64,000 nucleotides of DNA from Schmidtea polychroa (taxonomy: Eukaryota): contig CM097885.1 of the NCBI GenBank assembly GCA_044892525.1, forward strand, positions 101,804,001 through 101,868,000, in the 5' to 3' direction. Position 1 is the first letter of the stretch; every line of letters starts with the position of its first letter. This document shows positions 49,674 through 60,084 of this stretch, one piece after another. A program made the translations under genes and the position numbers. The notes below the pieces were generated by a model. That model made no database searches, was not told the origin of the DNA, and worked only from the letters and a program-made list of their open reading frames with translations.

Positions 49674-50156
49674 ATGGAATCAACCGACTACATTACAAAG
49701 AGACTCGAAAAATTCGTAAATTTAAAACGCAATTCGTTACAACGGCTAAATCGCAAAGCGGACCAGTTGGTGAAAATCCAAGACGAGATTAGCTTGAATC
49801 CAAGACCGCAAGCTTAGGAAATATGTGTAATGATGAAAATAGCAACGCCTAATGCAGAATTGACCACTAAAAGAGTCTACCAAATTCAAAATTTACGATT
49901 AGATAATGCCAAATTTAACATCAAATGGCAGGAGATAATGATAAAAATGGAAACAATCGAAGAAGAAATTAAAGAAGCAATCGAACATCAAGTTAAAGAT
50001 TTTAGAAAATGCTTCATATGCAGAATCAATGAAATACGAGTAATGACGATCCCATGTGGTCATTTATGTTACTGCGAGAATTGCGCAATGAAAATTAAAC
50101 GATGCAACGTATGCGATACGAACGTTAGAGAGAAAATTGTAATATACCTCCCGTAA
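49674..50156 (+). pseudogene. Coiled-coil + IAP-type C3HC4 RING E3 ligase ORF in the retroelement leader (frameshift near 49820)
   Basis: CFICRINEIRVMTIPCGHLCYCENCAMKIKRCNVCDTNVREKIVIYLP aligns to the XIAP/cIAP RING including the terminal hydrophobic tail. An upstream frame MESTDYITKRLEKF... starts at 49674. Confidence 0.85.
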
Positions 50157-50894
50157 GGAGATGTTGTCAAATAAATTTCTTTTGAATGAATATAAAATAA
50201 GATAATTATTAAATTATATTAAAAATCCATTATAGCAACCGAAAGGTATAAAACATAAGATGAACATAGACATATAAAGGACACATAATACGTTAAATAA
50301 ATAGACAAGCAACACAGCAATTAGAAATATTAAAATCAAAATTGAATGCAGGACTGATCATAGTCGTATGAATGAGCTGATCGATAAGATCAGTACGATT
50401 GTTATTTCCAATTTTCATTTCTTCCTGTTTTATTATTTTGGCATAGAGAGATACAATAATGAGGGGATGACAAGTGGATCGTCCTTACGACACTTGCCCG
50501 GATGGGGAAATCCTGATCACCCTGATGAGAGAATGTAGTAGGATCCATCTCAAATGTTGGGGAGTTTCTGTCGAGTGACTGATCACCACTTGTGGTAAAT
50601 GAACCAACGCGATTATTATATTTTTTTGTCTGGGAGACTGGGATTGACTAAAAGGGTGAATAAAAATAGAAAAATAAAATAAAAATTGAAAACGCGCGCT
50701 AAACGTTAAAAATTTAATCCGAGAGCAGCTGCGGATTTGAAGAAACCATTTTTGGACTTCAAATCGAATGAAGAGTAATTATTTTTTCCCTAGCGAGTGA
50801 TGAGGCACCCGAGTACAGCGGCTAACCACCGGACTGTAGTGTCCAGGATATTATCAGCCAAGGGACTGATGATGCTGGATCACCCAATACAAAA

Positions 50895-51860
50895 ACCTGG
50901 ATACCACACCGAGTATTGGGCGCATTTTTTTGTGAGTTGCTAGCGGGATTTGATACAAAAACACGGAAGGGTAGCGATCGAGAGAGACCCAGTTACCTAC
51001 ACCGAGTATTAAGGAGCCCAGTGAAACGGTTGTGAGATGCGAGTCAACCGGTAAAGGACTCGTACTCAATAGGCAACCAAGATTGGACTAGTTGTGAGGC
51101 GGAGGACCGAAAGTCAACTGCATATCCAATTTCCTTTTATTTTCACTAGTCGGGAGATCTGATTCATCACTTTTGAGAATCACGATCGAGGCGATTAGGC
51201 ATTTCCGTGTTTTTTAAATCCTGACAGATAGGATGTTTTTCTTCGTGATTATTGCTAACAGGGGTCGGTACAAAACCCGGATGCCCACACCGAGTACCGA
51301 TAGGCCCAGTGAAACGGCGATGAGATTAGAGTTACCGGTATTAGACTCTTTTCAATAAGCGGCCAAGAATTGAGCCAGTTGTGAGGCCTCAGCAGATTAG
51401 GAATTTGAGTAGGAGGAGCCTTGAATTTTTAATTAGTCCGAAAGTCAACTGTCAACTCAATTTAATCGCGGTAGGGACGATAGTAGGTGTAAAAACCGAA
51501 GGCTTCTGGGGGTTGAAGAAACCTCATTTAGGGCATTTGAAACCGGTCAGGGACCGAAGACTGCGAATACGGCGTAATGGTGTAAAAGCCCAGGCGTCTA
51601 GGAGTCGTAAAAGACTTCAAATTATGATTAAACCGGCCGGAAGCCGATGCCGACGCGGAGGTCTAACAAACCAAAGCGTTGATGGGTAATAGTAGATTAT
51701 ATGGCGTAACGGTGTAAAAGCCCAGGCGTCTAGGAGTCGTAAGACTTCATGAGATTAAAATGAGTTGATTAAACTGGCCAGAGAGCCGATGGTAATTGAG
51801 TGAAATGATTTAAATGAAATAAGAGAGTTGATTAAACCGGCCAGGGAGCCGATGGTAAAT
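50895..51860 (+). repeat. Imperfect direct repeats in the 5' leader
   Basis: cacaccgagta... at ~50903, ~50999 and ~51287 (the last two extend ~130 bp); ggcgtaa.ggtgtaaaagcccaggcgtctaggagtcgtaa at ~51571 and ~51703; gattaaac.ggcc...gagccgatg three times. Confidence 0.85.
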
Positions 51861-52617
51861 GAATGTAGACGCAGAGATCGCGCGAACCAAAGCATCGATG
51901 ATTAACTATGAAATTGATTAAATTGGAATAGATTAAGTGCGACAAATATGTAATGAGTAAAGGAAAATTATGATGAAGCGCCGGCGCAAGAGAAAATGAA
52001 ACCAGTTTTTGCATGGGGAAAAGCGAACGAATAGATAGTAGTTGAATTATTGAATTTTATTTATTAATGATACGTTTATTTTGATATTTATGTGATTGAT
52101 ATTATATTTATATGATGATTATAAAAGGGATAGATAATTGATACGACTATATAGATAATTGGTACGAGTTATAGATAATTTAAAATCGACTTAAAATCAA
52201 AATGGGGTGAATAACGAGAAGTGTAGGAAAGCTAGAAAATTTGAAGCGAAGGAGCAGTAAAATAAAGGGGAAATGGAAAGTAAATGAAGGGTTTAATAAA
52301 GAGAATTTATGATATGTACTAGAAGTGTTAATTATTTTAGAATAAAGCAAACAATTCAGAAAGAAAATCAAAGAAATCAAGGAAGCAATAGAAATCAAGG
52401 GATATAAAGAAATCAATTAAAAGCGAAGAATCAAAGAAATTAATAAAACCAAATCCAAGAAGAATTAGAGAATCGTAAAGATTAAAGCGAGACAATAATT
52501 AGAAAACATCAAGCTCGATCGACGAAGTAGAAAATTTATCAAAGGATAGCAAAAGGAGGAAAAATTGATAGTATAGCTAGCCGAACCAGGCGAAAAAGTA
52601 AAGGAAACCTCAGTTTA

Positions 52618-55600
52618 TTGGAAAAGGAAGAGATAGAAAAAGCCAAGACCAACAGACAACTACACAGGAAACCGGCATCAGTGGAAAGATTATTTGAATC
52701 AAACAGTTTAACTAACGAATTTGAGAACAGCGACGATTTTAAACGAACCGAATTAGATCCAATAAGCGACGCCGAATCAACTGACGAAGAGGAAAATATA
52801 TCCGAGACAACAGAGATAACCGTACTGTGCCAAGAGATAATGTCGGACGGAAACACGAATGAACAAAGGGTAACGGACCCACCAGGAACAAGTAATGTTC
52901 ACGTCAACATTGGAGAATTCAGAGAGAAATTTCGAGGAGAGCCATTCGATGGAAATATAAACCAGCTGGAAACGTTTATAAAAGAATTCGAAATATGCAT
53001 TACGATATGTCACTGGCCAGACATAGTCATACGAGAGCGAATACCCCTATATCTAAAGGGAAGCGCCCAAGATGTATATTTAGAGGCAAAATGCGATGCA
53101 ACAAAGTTGAGAACATGGAAAGAGATCAAAGAGTTTTTAATAAAAACCTTCGGTACCGAAAAGGAAGGAAATCGGAAAATGTTGGACTTTCTACATCGAA
53201 AGCAGAAATATAACGAATCCAATGCACTGTACGCATGTGAAATGAAACGATTAGCAAGAGAAGCCTTCGATTCAAATCAACCAGTTCCGGAAGATAAGAT
53301 AATAGCCGTATTCGTAGATGGTATGAAGCGAGAGGATATACGAGCAACCTTGGGATGTCGAGCACCAGAGATGCCGGAAGAAGCACTAAAAATGGCTAAC
53401 AAATGTGAAACCTACTTAACACCAATACAAGTAGCAGCTATGACAGCAGCCCCAGCAGCTCCAGCAACAACAGCAACAACTACAAACAACCAAGTCAATA
53501 ATGCAAATCCAGTAATGAATCAATTCATCCCAGGATCGCAACAGTTGTTCAAAACCCCACAAACAAGAAACCAAGACAATAGAGGTAATATTCAAAATTT
53601 TACTAATAATTTCAGGAACAACGACATTAACAATCGAACGTGCAATATATGCCAACGATCAGGGCATTGGAGCAATGAATGTTATAGAGCAAGGATGTGT
53701 CAAAAGTGTGGGAGAAGAGGACACACGGAAAACGTCTGTAGCGGACCCATGAAGTCTATTGGCAGAGGAGGAACCAGAACCTGCTACAATTGTAATCAGC
53801 CTGGACACATGGCAAGGGAATGCAAGATGAGAGTGAAACCAAATCAACCAGGATCAAACAATCCAATTCAGAACACACAAATCAACCTCATGCAGGAAAT
53901 CGAACAATTAAAAGATATGATCCAACGAATACCGGTGAATAATCAACAACAACGAATCAACATGATGCAGAGCACCGAGGAAATCCGGAAGCAACCAAGC
54001 AGGCAACAACAAGATCAACAACGAATCGAATGGCAAAGATTACAAAACGAAGAAGCCAGAGAAATTCAAGAAAGATGGAAACAACGGGACGCGAATCCCG
54101 GAAGAATAAATATGATGAGATTAACAAATAAAGAGGAACCGCACACTGCGGAGCAGTGTGTTAACAACGAAGGGAGTGGTCCGATAATAAACGAGGAGAT
54201 AAAAACGACAAAAGAAAATGAGATTGATCAACGGACAGAATTAAGCAGTGAAGAGAAAATACAATTGATTAAAGAATTTACCCAAGAGGAGAAAGAAAGG
54301 AGACAAAAAAGAGATGAGAGTAAAGATGAATCAAAAAGTAATGAAATAGTTACAAAAATTCGAATTCAGAGGGTACTACTACAAAAAATCGAAGACAGAA
54401 TCAAAAACGAAAACCCTACATTAACTAAGGAACAAATAAAAGAAAAAGTGAAAGAGCATTGGTTCAGGAAAAATGAGTGGTTCGAAAAGAAAGAACCACA
54501 TACCAAAGCTAAAATAAACATGCTGAGACAAATGCGGAGTGACCAGACGGATCAGGAAGACGAGAAAAGTGAGGTGAGTAGCCTGGGAGGTGAATTATTT
54601 CAGTCAAGTGAGGAAAATAACGAACCAAAAACACCTCCAAACAGTGAAACACCTCAAAGTAGTGATGAGAGTGAAAATGATGACATGAAATCAATGATAG
54701 AAAAAGATGATGAGGAGATATTTGAGGAAATTTTCGACACAGTAACAGAAATAGAGCGAAATGAGAGCTACATCAACGAGTTAATATACAGAAAATGCTT
54801 AAAACTTATAACTCAAGTATACCAGTGTGAAGGAGGTATAATAACGGCAGCATGGAAAGAATTAACAACAAAATATAAAGAGAAACTAAAGGAAGCAGAC
54901 CCAGATCAATATCAAGTAAGTATTCAACACCCTGAGATTCAGATACAGACTATTGAATTAAAAGGAACAAATACTGATGAACTGTACAACTGGGTACAGG
55001 AAAAAATGGGAACGAGCCATAAAAATAAACAATTATATGTCGATGGTTACAAAGTTAAAATGGGCATACATTTGGTAGATGCGATGATATGGCCAAACGA
55101 AACGAACATCTTAACCTTAGAGAAAACCAGAGACGACGAATCAGTGGCAGAAATGTTCAAGAAAATCCAACAAGTGTTTAACAATGAAGTGGAACCAGAA
55201 TTGGAAAAGATCGAACGGAAAATAATGAAAGAAAATCAAATAATCTTAGTCAAACAAGCTATCGATCAGGCAAGGAAATATATTAATAGACTAAGAGAAA
55301 GATGGCCGCAACTAATGAAACAATTTGTCAAAGACGTACGAGACACGGAAATTATGAGATTCGAAGATAAACGAGCGACAGAATTGATATCAAAATACGG
55401 AGAATACGAGAGAACCAAATGTGAACAAGAAACGATAAAAATAAAGGTGAAATTGCCAAATGAAGAGAAACAAATAATAGAAGTTAATCCCGATTGCCAA
55501 GTTGACGAGTTAGTGCAAATCATAGATCAAGAGATCATCCAAAAAGCTCGAGAAAATAGTGAGGATGGAATGATCGAAGATGTGATAATAATGTACAACC

Positions 55601-55995
55601 GGCATATGTTAGAAAGAGGAGACCGAACTGTAATTTACGAACTAGGAATCTGGGAAGATGGAACCGTCATCAATATAATCGCGATGGATGAACCATCTGG
55701 TGGGCACAAAAACGCCACCAAAACCGATCAACAAATCAAGAGATTCCAATGGGGAATGAGAGCCAAGATGGACCGAATAATAGATATTTATAACCATTGG
55801 CTAAAAGATGATAAACTAAAACTAGCAGCATTCAATGATAAAGATTGCAAACTGATACCATGGAAAAAGGTGTGGATTGAAAGTGAAGCTCGATGGGATT
55901 GGGAACAGCAAAAGTTGGAACCAAATTGGATAGATAATATACCAGAAGAGATTGCAGCAGTATGGGTAAGAGAGAAACCGATCGATACTTACTAG
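52618..55995 (+). CDS. gag: Gag with three CCHC zinc knuckles (53641-53823), coiled-coil/acidic linker and two ubiquitin-like domains (~54910-55125, ~55430-55680)
   Basis: Capsid-type PFDG..QLETFIKEFE...W...IPLYLKGSAQDVY; knuckles CNICQRSGHWSNEC, CQKCGRRGHTENVC and CYNCNQPGHMAREC. The ORF ends at an in-frame TAG followed by DILPQE. Confidence 0.92.
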   Translation: MEKEEIEKAKTNRQLHRKPASVERLFESNSLTNEFENSDDFKRTELDPISDAESTDEEENISETTEITVLCQEIMSDGNTNEQRVTDPPGTSNVHVNIGEFREKFRGEPFDGNINQLETFIKEFEICITICHWPDIVIRERIPLYLKGSAQDVYLEAKCDATKLRTWKEIKEFLIKTFGTEKEGNRKMLDFLHRKQKYNESNALYACEMKRLAREAFDSNQPVPEDKIIAVFVDGMKREDIRATLGCRAPEMPEEALKMANKCETYLTPIQVAAMTAAPAAPATTATTTNNQVNNANPVMNQFIPGSQQLFKTPQTRNQDNRGNIQNFTNNFRNNDINNRTCNICQRSGHWSNECYRARMCQKCGRRGHTENVCSGPMKSIGRGGTRTCYNCNQPGHMARECKMRVKPNQPGSNNPIQNTQINLMQEIEQLKDMIQRIPVNNQQQRINMMQSTEEIRKQPSRQQQDQQRIEWQRLQNEEAREIQERWKQRDANPGRINMMRLTNKEEPHTAEQCVNNEGSGPIINEEIKTTKENEIDQRTELSSEEKIQLIKEFTQEEKERRQKRDESKDESKSNEIVTKIRIQRVLLQKIEDRIKNENPTLTKEQIKEKVKEHWFRKNEWFEKKEPHTKAKINMLRQMRSDQTDQEDEKSEVSSLGGELFQSSEENNEPKTPPNSETPQSSDESENDDMKSMIEKDDEEIFEEIFDTVTEIERNESYINELIYRKCLKLITQVYQCEGGIITAAWKELTTKYKEKLKEADPDQYQVSIQHPEIQIQTIELKGTNTDELYNWVQEKMGTSHKNKQLYVDGYKVKMGIHLVDAMIWPNETNILTLEKTRDDESVAEMFKKIQQVFNNEVEPELEKIERKIMKENQIILVKQAIDQARKYINRLRERWPQLMKQFVKDVRDTEIMRFEDKRATELISKYGEYERTKCEQETIKIKVKLPNEEKQIIEVNPDCQVDELVQIIDQEIIQKARENSEDGMIEDVIIMYNRHMLERGDRTVIYELGIWEDGTVINIIAMDEPSGGHKNATKTDQQIKRFQWGMRAKMDRIIDIYNHWLKDDKLKLAAFNDKDCKLIPWKKVWIESEARWDWEQQKLEPNWIDNIPEEIAAVWVREKPIDTY

Positions 55996-56001
55996 GATAT
56001 A

Positions 56002-56520
56002 TTGCCACAAGAATTCCAAAATGATTTACAACCAGAAGAAGATGAAGAGATACGAGAACCGGTAAGGTTAGCGCCATTCACGTGGAAAATTGAGAATTGG
56101 ATGGAAAAGATAAAATCAGCAAAGGAAGAGAAAATCACACGATTAGTAAGTCCACCGTTCTACTCAGGATTAGGTGAATACAAGATGAAATTGCGAATAT
56201 ACCCGAACGGAGACGAGGTAGGAAAAGGAAGTTACGTATCAGCATTCTTCATCATCTGCAAAGGGAACTATGACGACAAGGTACCATGGCCGTTTAGCAG
56301 AAAAGTAACGATAGCAATCGAACACTGAAAGATAGCCTTAACGTACATAAAGAAACAATGAAACCAGATCCAAGGAGCACCTGCTATCAACGACCGACGA
56401 CATTAGAAAATATCGCTTCTGGGACGTCTAAATTAATACGTCTAAGTTACATTGAGAATGATTAGTCAATATTCGTGAAAGACAATGCCATCCAGATCAG
56501 AGTGGAGGTGGAAACAGAAA
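56002..56520 (+). pseudogene. TRAF-C (MATH) domain within the polyprotein (frameshift ~56326, in-frame stop 56463-56465)
   Basis: FTWKIENW...SPPFYSG..EYKMKLRIYPNGD..GKGSYVSAFFII.KG.YDD..PWPF..KVT, then KPDPRSTCYQRPT..ENIASG...FVKDNAIQIRVEV: the classic TRAF-C motifs. Confidence 0.92.
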
Positions 56521-57480
56521 AAGTAATGAACCAACGACTGAACATACCGGAAAACCAACCGAGAATCTGTATGATGAGGAAAAGAGTGCCTGATTCAGGG
56601 CATCTACCAATAGACGCCGACGCAGATGAGGAGGAAGCAGCAACATTGCTAGAAGCACAAAAGTGTAAGGAGTTGATGGAGATATTACAAAACGGTGCGA
56701 AAAATCGTCGACGAGCGGTAGTAGAACTAGCAAAATGGATAGCCGAATCATGCAAAAGAATTCAAAACCTTCGAAAAATCGTTAAAGCGATTGAGGAATA
56801 TCGACGGGTATACGTATGGTACCCTGAGCAATTCGGTGAAATCATCCGGAAATGGAAACAACAAGAGTGGGCCGAAAACTCACCCGAGAAATATCAACTA
56901 AAAATATTCTTGCCAGATTTCGAACCAATGGAAAAGGAATTCTACACGACAGCCAAAGTCAGGGAAGTTAAAAAGAGAATACTTTATGAACTTCCGTTCC
57001 ATTTACAACACGAGGGGCGATCATTAGACGACGATGTTGAAATTGGTGTGACACCACTCCAAGGAGAAATTGTGAACAGACTAACGGTGAGTAAAATTGC
57101 AGGTAGAGAATTAAGGAGAAGAGAGATAAAGCAAAAATCATCCACCCAACCAGGAAGTTTGGACACACCAGAAGTCCCAAATGCGGTTAGTGAAGTGACG
57201 ATCGAAACAACGGGAGAAGACGAAATACTAGACGAATTACAAGAGAGAGTAGAAGCAGGCGAGATTATGAGAGCATCACAATCAGGAGATCTATTTATGC
57301 GCGCAAAGACAACCAGTAGAAACGACAGAAGCCGAGACGGATTTAGATAATGTAGAAAGAGGTGACAATAAAGAAGTAACTACAACCGACGAATGGAGCA
57401 ACTGGAGAGTAGATCCAGGAGCGACCACGTCAAAAGATATAACTTACAATCCGCCAAAACGGAAAGAAACCGGAACAGCT
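56475..57480 (+). pseudogene. Polyprotein segment with helical region, third ubiquitin-like domain (~56890-57090) and acidic linker (frameshift ~57300)
   Basis: KYQLKIFLPDFEPMEKEFYTTAKVREVKKRIL...LQHEGRSLDDDVEIG fits a beta-grasp pattern. An alternative frame from ~57305 runs into ATG 57481. Confidence 0.65.
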
Positions 57481-60075
57481 ATGGATCGACGAACAAGAGG
57501 AAGACCAAAAACAGATAAAGCAGAGGCAGAACCAAAATCCAAAATTCAGGCGCAAATGGAACAGGTAAAAACTAAAATGGATAAACTAAGTGCATTAGTA
57601 AAACAAGTCAAAGTGAAGACAAGCGTCCAAGAACAAGAAACACGATGGATAAACGACTTATTAGCTAACATGTTAGCGTTAGCAAATCCAGATGTGAAAA
57701 GAGTAATGAGGAAGGATAATATCCCAACCGAAGCCAAACAATTATGGGCGGTATTGAAACCGATAATAATGAAAATCATGGATAATAAAATTCGATTAAC
57801 GTTAAAAGATCCCGTGGAACTCAGATTAATTGTGGAACATCTATTAAGCAGATCAGAGGACCAAAATCGATATTTAGTGGGATTAGCATATTTAGTATAT
57901 AACGTTATTGGTCAATATAAAAAACGAATGCCAAATTACAACGCAACTGGTTACGAATTCACAGCAACGGAAGTAATCAAACGATCAATAGAACCATATA
58001 TACTTGAACAAGGGGGATGGAGAAACTTCATCGAATCAACTGGGAAGAAAGATCAAACGGAAATGATGCAAGCAAGGTTACGCGACTTGCTAACTGAATT
58101 CGAAGGGACAATCAATATGAACGATCCAAGAGCAATCCGAAAAGGAATGAATGCCATAATAACCACAATATTGATATGGATGATGTGTATCAAAGGAACA
58201 GAGTCATTTGCAGTGTACGACTGCGACAACATAAAAATCCATGAGAAATATTCATTAAAGGATACAGAAGACTGTAAAGCGGCAAACCCAAGAAAATCAC
58301 AAAGAGTCATGGCATCAGTCTCGTATAATGTATATCAAGAAGCAGATTTCATCAAAACCATGGTCCAAGAATGTACGGTAACTAGAAAGATATTCGCGCA
58401 TCACTGCGGTTCATCCTCCCACTCAACAATCATAGAACCGGGATTAGAATCGACAGTAATATTACTATCAAGAGAGGAATGCGAGGAAGGATTCCGGTCG
58501 GGGAGAATCCACTTAAGACAAGGGATTGAAATTGCTGCAGAACCAGGGAAAATAAAAACGACTCGCGTGTATACGGCAGGCAGAATAACCAAAGGAGATG
58601 GAACATGTGAGACAGGAACATACACCCTGAACGGACAACTGGTTAGTGGAGTGGTCGTAATAGAAAGCTACGAAGCTAAATTAGAAAGGTATCAAGGTTA
58701 TTTCGACCCTGACACGCAAGCAATGAAGAAATACCCAAGCTGTCTCGCATCAGATCGATCATGTTCAACCGGAATGTCAACTCTGGTATACCATGCAGAT
58801 CAGAAAGTATGTCGACTAATGTTACTCAAGACAGCAATATTCGAAGAAATCCAAGGGAAAGTGTACAGTGAACCAAAAGGAGAAGCAGAAAAACGAGCGA
58901 TGGAAGAGTTGAGAGCAAGGAAAGGATTCAGAGAAGACGTAATAACCTCGAAATTGGAATCGGAAGTGACACCCAAGGCGATAATCTCCAAAGACGATGG
59001 AATAGGAATGAGGTTCATAAAGAACAAAGTGGTGAGTAAATGCGATGAGATGGTGATCAGCACCAATTATAAAGGGATCTACTTGTCACGGAGAACCCTA
59101 GCAAATGCAGTCGGAAGACTAAGCGAAAAGGATGTCAAATTATATTTATATGCTAATAACAAAATGGATTTCTTATATCACAGAGGATTAACATCTACGG
59201 AAAAAGTCTATCATGATCTGTTAAGAAACGATTGCCTGCTCAACAAAGAAATATTGAGAACAAAATTAGCAATGGCAATTACAAACCCAGATAACGCAAT
59301 TCCGTTACTACCGCTGCAAGAAGGATATTTCGGACGAATCGTGGGCGAAGTAATGTACACCTACCAATGCAAAAAGATAATTGCAAGATTGCCGGAAAAC
59401 CCTATTATACCAAGGAATAAATGTGCAAACGAACTCGAAATCATCCACGAAGGCAAACCCAGATTTGTGCAAGCAGTCACCAGGATAATGAACCCGGTAG
59501 AGTTTCAACCAAACCTGTTTAATTGTAGTAATGCATATGGACCAATGTATGAAAAAGAGGATGGACAATGGGTGCAATTTCCAAGTAAAACAATCGTAAT
59601 AGCACCCAAGAAATTTGGATTGTCGGAACTAACAACAGAATTAGAATTCAAGCCGATAGACGTATCCCAGAGTGGATTATATACACCAAAAGATCTTGAA
59701 TCAGCAAGAGCCCACATGTTATTTCCAGCACAGAGACAAGCGATCTTGTCAAATATAGTGACTATTTCTGGAAGAAATAATTATGGGGAGAGCCCGAATT
59801 ACGAGCTATTATTATCACCAAGTCACTATCAACAAGCAACAGCAAATATGATGAAGGCTATGTGGGGTCGATTTTTGGTATTTGGCCAAATGATGGCAGG
59901 AATACTCGGAATTATTCTGATAATACAAATAGTCAGAGTGATACTAACTCAGATGTTAGCATGTTTTGACATCTATAAACGCGAGAGAAAAGTAAATTGG
60001 AAACTTACAATTGGATTCTTACCGTTCTTAGCGAAAACAATGGTGTTGCATGGACACTCAAAGGATATTTATTGA
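57481..60075 (+). CDS. env: Bcl-2-like domain (~57640-58040) + internal signal sequence (~58150-58206) + chuvirus/Monjiviricetes-type fusion glycoprotein with TM (~59870-59960)
   Basis: BH1-like QNRYLVGLAYL and BH2-like YILEQGGWRNFIE; glycoprotein motifs AVYDC..YSL..C, QECT....HHCG..SH, GDGTC, ANNKMDFL, NDCLLN, GYFGRIVGEVMYTYQC and CANEL...TRI. Confidence 0.88.
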   Translation: MDRRTRGRPKTDKAEAEPKSKIQAQMEQVKTKMDKLSALVKQVKVKTSVQEQETRWINDLLANMLALANPDVKRVMRKDNIPTEAKQLWAVLKPIIMKIMDNKIRLTLKDPVELRLIVEHLLSRSEDQNRYLVGLAYLVYNVIGQYKKRMPNYNATGYEFTATEVIKRSIEPYILEQGGWRNFIESTGKKDQTEMMQARLRDLLTEFEGTINMNDPRAIRKGMNAIITTILIWMMCIKGTESFAVYDCDNIKIHEKYSLKDTEDCKAANPRKSQRVMASVSYNVYQEADFIKTMVQECTVTRKIFAHHCGSSSHSTIIEPGLESTVILLSREECEEGFRSGRIHLRQGIEIAAEPGKIKTTRVYTAGRITKGDGTCETGTYTLNGQLVSGVVVIESYEAKLERYQGYFDPDTQAMKKYPSCLASDRSCSTGMSTLVYHADQKVCRLMLLKTAIFEEIQGKVYSEPKGEAEKRAMEELRARKGFREDVITSKLESEVTPKAIISKDDGIGMRFIKNKVVSKCDEMVISTNYKGIYLSRRTLANAVGRLSEKDVKLYLYANNKMDFLYHRGLTSTEKVYHDLLRNDCLLNKEILRTKLAMAITNPDNAIPLLPLQEGYFGRIVGEVMYTYQCKKIIARLPENPIIPRNKCANELEIIHEGKPRFVQAVTRIMNPVEFQPNLFNCSNAYGPMYEKEDGQWVQFPSKTIVIAPKKFGLSELTTELEFKPIDVSQSGLYTPKDLESARAHMLFPAQRQAILSNIVTISGRNNYGESPNYELLLSPSHYQQATANMMKAMWGRFLVFGQMMAGILGIILIIQIVRVILTQMLACFDIYKRERKVNWKLTIGFLPFLAKTMVLHGHSKDIY

Positions 60076-60084
60076 ATAAAAAGA

